In this document: one piece after another, positions 39,814-50,555 of the stretch | Layout: the number at the start of each line of letters is the position of its first letter | Position numbering within the stretch: the stretch's first letter is position 1 | Source: Malacoraja senta | Taxonomy: Eukaryota | Assembly (NCBI GenBank): GCA_038087875.1 | Contig: CM075978.1 | Location: 176,328,001 to 176,392,000, forward strand | Length of the DNA stretch: 64,000 nt | Reading direction: 5' to 3' | Made by a program: the position numbers and the translations under genes | The notes under the pieces: generated by a model | The model's input: the letters and a program-made list of their open reading frames with translations, nothing else | What the model was told of the DNA's origin: nothing | Database searches by the model: none

Positions 39814-39964
39814 GAGTGTGTCTCAGGAGCTATCGGAGACTATTCTTACAATGGTGGCTAACTGTGGCAATGTCATGAACAAAGCCCGCCAGCCACCTCC
39901 AGGAGTAATGCCCAAGGTCCGCGCACCTAGTACCAGCAGTATAGAAACCATGTCGCCTGTACAG
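39814..39964 (+). CDS. CNOT1: CNOT1 exon (ex17 eq.), (G)[17 protein letters not shown]...TMSPVQ
   Basis: ctctcag|G AGT...CAG|gtaaaa; 151 nt, phase 2/0. Confidence 0.97.
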
Positions 39965-40646
39965 GTAAAAATAGTTACATGGTACAAGATTGTCCTGTTT
40001 CTTTAATATGCTTATGCAGGACCTGATAAGTCCTTATTCAATTTTGATCAATAAAAACACGAAGATTTAACATTTGAAAAATTGATTAAATTACATTCAA
40101 ATGTTGAAAAGAGAATATCTGTTTTTAAAAATAATCAGGTTCAATGCTTATTTGGATGTTATAGTACATTAGCTTACCATGCAAGACCATGATTTGAACT
40201 GCAGATTGGTGCTGTAATTGATAATTATTTAAAATAATTTAACAAATATTCCCATTACATTTTTTAAATGGAGAAATATTCCTATGTTCTGCATTGACGC
40301 CATTTCCATGTATGACTTTGAAACTGAAATGAAAATTTTAGAAAACTCAGCAAACCAAGTAACAAAAGAAATAGGGAGGAATGCTTGATCATCTATCCTA
40401 AAATGTTTACTCTGCTTTCCCTTTTCTGTAGACAATGTGTTTGCGTGTACAATAAATTAGAGGTTTATCAGAATACTGCCTGGATTAGAGGGTATTGGGT
40501 ATAAGGAGAGGTTGGGCAGACTTGGATTGTTTCCTCTAGAACACTGGAGGAAAAGGAAGACCCGATAGAAGTATATGAAATGATGCAAGGCATAGATAGG
40601 CTAGACAGTCAGAGCCTTTTCCCCAGTGTGGAAATGTCAAAGACTT

Positions 40647-40800
40647 AGGCGGCACCGTGGATCAGCTGGTAGAGCTGCTGCCGCAATGCGCCAGAAACCT
40701 TGGTTCGATCCTGACCTCTTGTGCTGTCTGTGTGGAGTTTGTACGTTTTCCCTGTGACCTCGTGTGTAGCCTCTGATTGCTCTAGTTTCCTCCACAATCT
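40647..40800 (+). mobile_element. HE1/V-SINE-like SINE 5' part, inserted in a CR1 remnant
   Basis: GGCGGCACCGTGG...GGTTCGATCC...GTCTGTGTGGAGTTTGTACG. Confidence 0.7.
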
Positions 40801-41403
40801 CAATCCCAAACGGTGTACATCTTTGTGCAAATGAATTGAATCAAACATACACTTGGATCTCACAAATCATTATACATGTCACAGGGCTACCTTTTATTCA
40901 TTATCATTGCACCATTATGTCTTTAGTACAATATATGCCCACCATGGTTGTTTATTGTTTTTGGCATGGAATCACTCAGATTCTGACAGTTGGAGGATTT
41001 TTTCATCTTGATACCACAACTGAATTATGGTCTCGGTGATCTGCTATCTAGTGGTACAGTCCTTTCTTTTCACTCTCTCCTTGATAATTGACCACAAATT
41101 CTGAATAAGACTTGGGTCAGGCATGTTACCAGGCCAGTCCAGTGGTTGGTGTGAATTCAGTGGACCAAAGGGCTTGTTTCCATGCTATATTTTTACATTA
41201 GACTAGAGGTCAAAGCTTTGAGGTGAAGGGGGTTAAATTTACAGGAGATGTGCAGAAGGTGGTGTGTGCCTAGAATGTGCTGCATTTTGTGGTGGTAGGT
41301 ATGATAGTGGTGTATAAGAGGCTTTTAGATAGGCACATGGATACACAGGGAAATAGAGGGGTATGGATCACATACAGACTGATGAGATTAGTTTATATTG
41401 TCC

Positions 41404-41820
41404 GTAGACAAAAATGCTGGAGAAACTCAGTGGGTGAGGCAGATTCTATGGAGCGAAGGAATAGGTGACGTTTCGGGTCGAGACCCTTCTTCAGACTGAT
41501 GTGGGGGTGGGGGGGAGGGGCGAAAAGAAGAAAGGAAGAGGCGGAGACAGTGGGCTGTGGGAGAGCTGGGAAGGGGACGGAGGGAGAAAGCAAGGACTAC
41601 CTGAAATTGGTGAAATCAATGTTCATACCGCTGCGATGTAAACTACCCAAGCGAATTATGAGGTGCTGCTCCTCCAATTTGCAGTGGGACTCACTGGCCA
41701 TGGAGGAGGCCCAGGACAGAAAGGTCGGATTCGGAATGTGGGGGGGGGGAGTTGAAGTGCTGAGCCACCGGGAGATCAGGTTGGTTAATGCGAACTGAGC
41801 GGAGATTTTGGACGAAGTGA
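41404..41820 (-). mobile_element. Penelope-like element 3' fragment (antisense)
   Basis: Reverse complement aligns with 38585-39004 and 59390-59810; intact hammerhead core at 41467-41494. Confidence 0.88.
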
Positions 41821-42834
41821 TTGCCAAGCCTAACACTACCCAAAAGATGATTGCATGATTAAAGCTAAATCGGGTGATTCAGATCTTTATTAATTGATGC
41901 AGTAACACACAGTACATCTCCACCTTCCTGGATTCCTCTTGGGTACTTCATCCCAAAGAGAGAAGGAAGTCCTGATAACTGTTTTGTGCATCCATTTTCC
42001 CCAAATAAAGTGCAAAAATCACATATTTCTATCTTGTCCAATGTAGATGTACAACTTCTTTCTGTAAAGTACTAGTTGTAGCTTTTTACCCAATTTTCAT
42101 ACTCCCCTACCCTGCTAATTTCATTTGGGCATATGGCTTTTCATGACCGATTATTTTTCAGCCTGATATAGAGGAAAAACTTGCACTGGTCCAAATTCTT
42201 TCTCATTGTTGTGGACGGGTTTATTGTGTATGGCTAGCTCAAGCTTCACATCCAAATCTGGGTTTGTGGGAAAGGAATTTTAGCTGAAATATGAGGGAAG
42301 GAGGAGGTTCTTTCAGTGGAGAAAGTAAAGGAAGAAAAAACTTCGAACAAGGAAGCAAAAACAGGTCGAGGCAAACTTGTGTAATCTCCTGCCAAGAGAG
42401 TTAAAAAGTATTTTGCTGCTTTCCATTTTATGGCTGAAGTAAGGGAAGGATGAAATTATTTCAACTGAAAATAGCACAATGTTTGCGGAAAAGAGGCATT
42501 TAAATTTTGGATTGCATCGTTAATCAGAACTGATTTTCATGTTATATTTGCTAATAAAATAATGTTATAAGTTGGTTCAAATATATAGCCTGTTGGTCAA
42601 CTATTTTTAGCTATTTTAAGAAAGTATACTGACATAGGGGAAGAGTTGTAAGATTGTAGAATAGTTCTAGGGACTTCCACCCATAGGGAAAATTCACATC
42701 AAGCTTACAATTTATCAATCGGTTATTTTGCTTTAGATTTTTAGTAGTTAAAAGGTAATACAAAAATATGTTTTAAATTTTAATAATATTCTCTGGTTTT
42801 GATTTTATCTCCCACCTTGGTGCTCTCTTTATAG

Positions 42835-43036
42835 ATTGATCCTTTGTCTGGCATGGCTTCATTGACAATTGGTGGACCAGCTGCATCCCTCACTCCGAGT
42901 ATACAGGGTTTTACAGCTAACCTGAGTTCTGCATTCAACACCCCACAATCACCAGCGAAAGCCTTTCCTCCACTTACAACACCAAACCAGACAACTCCCT
43001 TCAGTGGTATCGGCGCTCTTCCGTCCCAACTTCCAG
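42835..43036 (+). CDS. CNOT1: CNOT1 exon (ex18 eq.), [14 protein letters not shown]...[10 protein letters not shown]...SQLP(G)
   Basis: ttatag|ATT...CCAG|gttaga; 202 nt, phase 0/1. Confidence 0.95.
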
Positions 43037-43604
43037 GTTAGAAATGGCAATGCTGTGGTGATCATGGTTAAATGTAGTTTGATTTATATTGCTACCTAAG
43101 TGACGATAACTTGCCTGTCTCCACATTATTAAGTAATCTACTTTAGTTTACTAAAGGCTAAATTATGATACAATTAGTGACATTTCAGTTGCATTTTTTA
43201 TTGAAGCACATTTTGACCTAACCTGTAGCTCCCAACAATTGTAGAAATGGCACATTCTGTTAATGGTGGAATTCAGGTTCTTTTCTAGCCTGTATTCTTA
43301 AAGCATCATTCTTGAGCTTTGAAGTATTTCACTGGTTCCTGTCATGCAATGAATAAATCTCTCATTACTAATTTCCAGTTTGTAATCTAGGTATTTTTTG
43401 CATTACTAATTGCTTTTCCATGTTGTAACTACTTGACTTTATTTTACCTTTTTAAACCACTACTATGTGGGTCACTTTCCCTCTTTTCAAATTAACTTTT
43501 ATTGTTTGTAGAGTATTAACTTGACTCATGCATCAATAATTTTTATTTAGCTTGTTTGACATTTTATAGCTAACAAGGATAAGAGGGCAGTACTGGGAGT
43601 AGGG

Positions 43605-43875
43605 CTTTTAGTTTAGAAATTTAGAAATGCAGACCCTTCGGCCCACCGAGTCGGCCCACCCAGCACTATCCTACACTGCAGGGACTATTTACAATTTTTA
43701 CCAAAGCCTACAAACTGGTGCATATTTGGAGTGTGGGAGGAAACCAGAGCACCCGGTGAAAACCCACAGTCATGGGGAAAACGTACTAACTCCGTACAGA
43801 CAGCACCGGTAGTCAGGATCGAACCCATATCTCTGGGGTTGTAAGGCAACAACTCTACCGCTGCACCACAATGCC
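43605..43875 (-). mobile_element. HE1/V-SINE-like SINE
   Basis: Reverse complement of the SINEs at 15559 and 63587 (GGATCGAACCC, CTCCGTACAGACAGCACC). Confidence 0.75.
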
Positions 43876-45889
43876 GACTTGTTTTTTTTGGGGGGGGGTT
43901 TTGGGAATCCATTTGAGGAAACTGGTTGGTTGTGAATCGTGTAGTTCTGCAGTTCCTGCTCTTAAACTGCTTCCAATACCATCTTTTACCAAACTAGCTG
44001 CTGTATCTCTGGATGAGTTGTGCTGAATATCAGACTTAATAGTATTTGTATTCAGATCTCAAGTTTCATGTATGGCTCTTCAATTGCCTTTCACAGTCTG
44101 GCCTGTATTTATTTCCAAGCTCTACAGAATGGTGTGCTAATTCCACATCCTTCAACTTACTCATGCTGGAATTACATAATTTTATTTTGCATCTGGGATG
44201 TAGAATGCAAAGCTGTGTTCTGAATGTGGTAATTTAAAAACTGGAGGGGGAATTTTTGGGAGGGTTTGGGAAGAAATAATTTAAAGCGCCCTATAGAGTG
44301 TGCACTTTTTTCATATGGAAAATAAATGCATTACTACTCATACTGTTCAATTACTGTAGCAGATGGGCAGATTTTTTATACAGAGAGAATCTTTGGAACG
44401 ATGCTTCCATTGTCCTTTGAGAAAAAAATATATATATATATATTGTCGAAGAATAGGTAGAAAGATTCTTGATAAATAAGGAAGTGCAAGGTTAATGTTA
44501 GTAGATGGGAATGTGAAGTTAAGCTTGCATTCAAATCAGCCATGGACTATTGAATTGCAGAGCAGGCTGGAGATGCCAAATCTGTTTGTGATCTAGTAAT
44601 AACATTGCATGTTGTAATTTGTATTTTGTTTTTTTCTTTTGGGCAATTCTTTATAAATCTGGGGCTCCAAGAAATTTGAGGGTGTTTTGAAGCCACTGAT
44701 GCAATCCTGGGGTCCCCACTAACCAAAAAGAAGCCAGTGCCTTTATTGGGGCAGAAACGTGTGTTAACAAATACAGAGAAATATTGAAATGCGATGAGAC
44801 CTTAAGGGTATTTTTGTAAACCTATAATTGACCTTGCCTTCGCAAATAAATACGCACTGCAGTTCTCTGAGTGATGTTCAGTGCATCCTCATGCATCAAA
44901 ATAGAGCCTTTAGAGCATGTTTGTTCTCATGCCCATAACTTAACAACAATCATTTACCCTTGCACTTTCACTATTATACTACATCTAGGACAGTTATCTG
45001 AACAACGGAACCATCCCAAACTAAGTTTTCTGTCATTGTTTGGAATAGATAAAGTAGCAAAACATTAAAAAGTGACAATTGAATTAGGTTTTCTTTTCAC
45101 ATTTCATTATAAAGGTATAGTGCCTTCAGTAAACCCGAGCCCTTATCTGTATACTCAAGTGCTTGATGGCCTCAACATTTCTCAGCATGTTGCCTGGGAA
45201 TGGTTAGTTGGTTCACATCAGCAATCATTCGCCTCTCCCTCATTGACCCGTGTGCTGCCAAAAATGCATTCAAAATGTGCAATTTAGTAACATGGGAACT
45301 TTGTTTTTACATTTTGATTTTATTGAAGTATTTGATGTATAGGGTTGAGCATTAATTTTTGTTCTCTGAATATCAGAAGGTCTGGATCAGAATCTCGTGG
45401 GGGGGGGGGGGTGGGAGAAGGAAATATATCAACATTGATCAATGTGCAGACTTCCTAGAGAACAAACCCAGGTTTTAAAATTTGCTTCTAGCGTGGCACA
45501 ACAATATGTTAACTGGCTAATATTTCCTGGTCTCAAGCTTCTAAGATGAATGTGAAAATGGTACATAATTCACAATCCTTGTGGAAATATGTCCCGCTGA
45601 GGCAAGAAGATCTCTGAAGAGCTTGGCTTATTCTGAGTTTGTCAGCTGATTGCACAATATCTTGCAATCTAAACATCCAGGTGGCCAATTTTGAAGGATA
45701 TTGTTTTATAGGGATTGTGCTGAAAAGGGAGTAGATGAGGAGAATGCTACATTATAAAATTCCTTCTGACGGTTTTGAAAATAAATAAATAATACATGTT
45801 GTGCTCATGGCCTTGTTTAACTTCCTTAGGCATAAGGATAAAAGCACCAAAGATTTGATGGGAAACATTACTTGATTTTATACCTACAG

Positions 45890-46033
45890 GAAGTTTGGGC
45901 ACAGGGAGTTTGACTGGCATGGGAACTGGTGGACTTGCACTACCAACTGTGAACACTGACCCTTTTGGGCAGCGAAAGATGAGCACATCTGGACTGAACC
46001 CACAAACATTCCAGCAGAGTAAGATGAAACCTT
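45890..46033 (+). CDS. CNOT1: CNOT1 exon (ex19 eq.), (G)[14 protein letters not shown]...TFQQSKMKP(S); alternative upstream donor after 46018
   Basis: ctacag|GA...CCTT|gtaagt; 144 nt, phase 1/1; internal donor CAGA|gtaaga. Confidence 0.94.
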
Positions 46034-46659
46034 GTAAGTGGTTGTGTTGTCTGTGACTGTTGTGAGTGTGGCCTAGCTTATTCTATTAGTTTGGTTCAGA
46101 GAGGATCAGTTCACTCAATTATGTATCCAATGAAGACTCAAAATAGGTTTCCTTAAATAATAATTCAGTCATTTGGGGTATTAAGTTCGTGTACTGGTTT
46201 TGTTAAAAATTCTGCCACAGAGGAGAGAATTTATATCTCTGCAAGCACATCAGCTGTGCAACTTGGATAATACTCTGGCCATGATTGTATTTTAGGGAAG
46301 GCAAGTCTGATGCTGCAGAGTGCAGATCTTCCCCTGCTTATGAACATCCGACCAGTACATACGATTGAACATTTGGTAGTTTGGTGGAATGGATTTACCA
46401 GCTGCTAGGGGGTTCCAGCATCTTCCGTCACTTGCGAATTCAGATTCCTATTTCTGACTTGCGAACTGCTTGGGTTACGAACAGATCTCAGGTCTGGAAT
46501 TCTGCCATGACTAAGGGATGACGATAAAATGGTTTAAGTGTTGCGGAATGTTCTAACTTGAACCTCGTCATACGAATAATTTAAAAACACATAGAAGTGC
46601 ACAAAACTCCAGTCTAAAACAAGCATATGGAAGAAATTAGAACAGAAATAGTTGATAAG

Positions 46660-47770
46660 GCCAAAACAAAAAGTGCTGGAGGTCAGGCAACATCTGTGGC
46701 AGGAATGGACAGACAACATTTAGGTTGGGGCCCTTCAGTTTGATTGTAGTAGTGGGAAGAAAGCTTGAAAAGAAGTGACAAAGCCTGTCACATGATGGGT
46801 TATGAATACCGGTGAGGGAATTTTATGTTTAACCTGCATCCTGAATTTGGTGTTCATGTGGGTCCTAGTTGCCTTTTTAATCACAGCTCAGATAGGAATA
46901 GGCGCACAATAAAACAACTCAGAACTCTGGTGGAGATTTTCTCAAACGAGTTGGTTTATTCAAGGTCTTAACAGTACGAACCGAGAAACCCTCCAGGAAC
47001 CCAAAGTTTCAAAGATTCGCAGCACCAATAGCATTTTTATATTCTCACGACACAATGGTTACATTTGCATTCTACATTTTTGAAATAATTCATCATTGAT
47101 CAATGTCTCTGTTGCCTTTCATTTTTATCTTTCCCCAGACATCTTTAACCTTATATTCCCTGTTATTTAGAAACCCACTCCCACTTATTTAACAAATGGG
47201 CACAATCAAAATCCTTACTCCCTGATCAGTTTTATTGCTCTCTGCTTTGTTTACAACCCCAAATGTTTATTTTAACTTAGCTATGTTGTGGATTCTAAAT
47301 ACCATATAAACCTATTTATTACCTCTTCATTTTGTTGGCCTCATTTCCACATCATTCTTCCCCAGTATGTAAGCTCTTGGGTTAAACATATTACAAACTA
47401 CTCATCTTCCACAAAATTTTCAGAATTTCCTCCATCAACCGGTGAGGGGGTTTGATTCGCAGCCAGGTGCAGTAAGTGACGAAGGCTAGAGGTGAAATAG
47501 AGCAAGGGTGTCAGATGAGAGAAGGGGAGTGAAATGTAAAGCCGGAGGGATATACGTGGAAGGGGGGAGGGGATGAAATGGAAATCAGGATCTTGGAGTT
47601 GGGAGATAAGTGAAGAAAGAGTGATTGGGTTGGGTGGGGAGAGATATGGGTGTGCACAGGAAAGAGAGAGGGTGGTGGGGAGGCGGGTTTACTTTAAATT
47701 GGAGAATTCACTGTTCATATTGTTGGGTTGTAAGCAACCCAAGCGGAATGCGAGGTACTGATCCTCCAGA
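46660..47770 (-). mobile_element. Penelope-derived repeat interrupted by a solo LTR
   Basis: AAAGTGCTGGAGG... tail at 46670; YFKLENSLFILLGCKQPKRN (antisense GIY-YIG end) at 47690-47760. Confidence 0.6.
46813..47437 (-). mobile_element. Probable solo LTR (ERV-like), antisense
   Basis: TG...CA ends, ACCGG 5-bp TSD (46808-46812, 47438-47442); minus-strand TATAAAA (47035-47041) ~80 nt upstream of AATAAA (46955-46960). Confidence 0.65.
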
Positions 47771-49559
47771 ATTCCCTACCCAGAGCTTTGTGTAGCCTGG
47801 ACCACTAAAGTTATGGAAGGAGGAGGAAGATACACTTTTGAAATGTTATGAGGGCCATGGGAATCTGGCACAGAAGAATCGAGACCTGGTACAGATCAGC
47901 TATGATCATGTTGAAATGGTGGGGCAGATTTGAGGAGCTAGGTGGCCAACAAATGCTTCTTGTTTTCTTGCATATGGTCAGTACCTCTAGATTTTGACTG
48001 TTTCAGTGGGATTGGCACTAAATAGTTAGGATAAGCTCACCCATAATTCTTTCTGGTAGGCAATCAGTCTAGGGAACCTGTAGGCAGGCATTTCCTCCTG
48101 TAAATACAGGGAACAAAAATGCACAAGCTACTCTGATGTGATCTCACTGGTATTTTATATCATTGCAGCAAGAATTTCCTACCCTTATACCTTTGCAGCA
48201 AACCCCGACATACGAATTGCATGTTAATTTTATTTGTGTACGAGGACGTTCATTTTGTTTTGAGCAGTTTTTCAACAATTTACTTCTTAGGATGATTCTT
48301 GCTCTGCAATCTTCCACAAATTAACAACCATTGCTATACTACATTTGTTTACCCAAACCATTAATGCCAATGTTTGGCTGATGATGCTTTGGTGTAGATC
48401 GTGTACCATTAATACGATCATTACTTTGTAATGGAGCAATGTATTCCTATGTTTTTACACCCATTAACCAATCTTTCTATCTGCTATCTATCTTCAACCA
48501 CATGAGTCTGTTCTGTAACTTTTTTGCACATTATTAGTAGCTAAGGTTTTGAGAATCAAAATCTAGCAGCAGACTTGTGGATGGGGTTTGGGTTCAGTGA
48601 TAAAATTATGGAAATCATTACTCGTTGGACCAGATACTTCTTTTGAATTTCCAGTTCATCTAGTCAGGAGCAATAGGGAGTCCAAAGATGATCCGATGGA
48701 GATTATCACCAAGATTTTCTGTAGGGAGGGAATAGGATGATGGGAAATGATGTGTAAAGGTTGATGTCTGGTGTAAAAGGTTTGTCCTGCAGTTTAAATT
48801 AGTGGACAGTATTGCTAACTATTGACAATGGTGAGGAATAAACTTCCCTATTTTGAGCACGGTTCTAGGGTTAAATAATGGATGCATGACTGTTATGAAT
48901 GCTTGTCTGCATGTTTGTGAAATGTATGTCCGTGTTGGACTTTATCAACGCCAGAGTTTTCATTTTCAAATAATGGCACACACTTAACAAAAAAAAACGT
49001 ATTTAGATAAAAAATTATGCAAATCTAAATGCAGATGTTGTATCTATTCCATTAGTGTAGAATTAGCTGATTTCTGTTTGGGTATCCTCTCAAAATTCAA
49101 CAAATCGCAACAATTTCCATCTTTGTATTGAAGTATAAAATGGTTACCGTATTTACCGGCAATAAAGACGCTATTTTTTACCCCAAAATAAGGCCCGAAA
49201 ATTTACCTGCGTCTTGGAGGCGGAAGGTTAGGTTATTAGCCAAGAAAGATAGACTTGGCTATTCCTCAGTCTATCCATCATTGCTGGCAGCTGATGGGAA
49301 GTGGCTGTAAAGTGGGAAGCGGCTGTAAAAGGACAGCGCCGCTGTTGGGGGGGGGGGGGTGGAAGGGGGGAGGGGGAAGGGGGGAAGAGAAAGAGTTCCT
49401 TTCACAGCATGTGGGGAGTTTGGCCCGGGTCAGCCTGACCAGAACTGCACAAATTCACTGGGCCGCCAGGGGTAAAATTACGGGGATGGCAGGAGTGTTG
49501 AGAAGGAGGGGGTCGTGGATCATGCCAGCAACTCACTCACCGCTCTGTCCCGGTCTCAC

Positions 49560-49983
49560 TTTCTCTCGCGCTCTCTCTCTCGCTCTCTCACCCCCACCCT
49601 CTCTCTCCCCCCCCTCCCCCTCTCCCTCCCCCTCTCCCTCCCCCTGCCCCTCTCTTTCTCTGCCCCTCTCTCTCCCTCTCCCTCTCTCTCTGCCCTCTCT
49701 CTCTCTGCCCCTCTTTCCCTCTGCCTCTCTCTCTCTCTCTCTGCCTCTCTCTCTTTCTGCCTCTCTCTCTGCCTCTCTCTCTGCATCTATCTCTCTCTCT
49801 GCATCTATCTCTCTCTCTGCATCTATCTCTCTCTGCCTCTCTCTCCCTCTCTGCCTCTCTCTCTCTCTCTGCCTCTCTCTCTCTGCCTCTCTTTCTCTCT
49901 CTGCCTCTCTTTCTCTCTCTCTACCTCTCTTTCTCACTCTCTACCTCTCTTTCTCACTCTCTGCCTCTCTTTCTCTATCTCTG
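49560..49983. repeat. CT-rich microsatellite ((CT)n, CTCTGC units)
   Basis: Direct reading; runs into the assembly gap. Confidence 0.95.
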
Positions 49984-50141
49984 NNNNNNNNNNNNNNNNN
50001 NNNNNNNNNNNNNNNNNNNNNNNNNNNNNNNNNNNNNNNNNNNNNNNNNNNNNNNNNNNNNNNNNNNNNNNNNNNNNNNNNNNNNNNNNNNNNNNNNNNN
50101 NNNNNNNNNNNNNNNNNNNNNNNNNNNNNNNNNNNNNNNNN
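49984..50141. other. Assembly gap (158 N)
   Basis: Run of n. Confidence 1.
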
Positions 50142-50187
50142 TCTCCCTCCCGCCCCCCTCTCTCCCTCACCCCCCCCCCCCCCCCCC

Positions 50188-50555
50188 GAGCCGACCTGGG
50201 AACTGCAGCCATTCGGCACGGAGCTGACATGGGCACAACAGCCAGACGGGGGGGAAGTGAGCCGCGTGGGCGCTACAGCCAGTCCCATGGCAGGCAGGCG
50301 ACCTGGGAACTGCAGCCAATCCCGGGACAGGCAGCCGACTTGGGAACTGCAGCCAGACCTGGGGCAAGCGAGCCGATCGGGGAACTGCAGCCATTCACGG
50401 GGCACGCAGCCGACTTGGGTGTCACAACCAGACCTGGGGCAAGCGAGCCGACCTGGGAACTGGAGCTAGTCCCGGGGACGTGAGGGATCTGGGAACTGAA
50501 GCCAGTCCCGGGGACGTGAGGAATCTGGGAACTGCAGCCAGTCCCGGGGCACGCA
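50188..50555. repeat. GC-rich minisatellite, ~10 units of ~37 bp (GAGCCGACCTGGGAACTGCAGCCAGTCCCGGGG-like)
   Basis: Recurrent TGGGAACTGCAGCC core at ~33-40 bp spacing. Confidence 0.85.

Noticed and set aside
46430-46535. Tigger-like terminal remnant (GACTTGCGAAC...GGGTTACGAAC)
   Set aside because: Too degenerate; no paired TIR or TSD could be fixed.
49255-50483. Long ORFs (404 aa, 322 aa and antisense RE-rich ORFs)
   Set aside because: They are translations of CT microsatellite, the N gap and the minisatellite; no real protein signal.
50188-50555. Repeat-spacer-like periodicity resembling a CRISPR array
   Set aside because: Eukaryotic intron; units are degenerate along their whole length with no unique spacers and no cas genes. 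It is a minisatellite.
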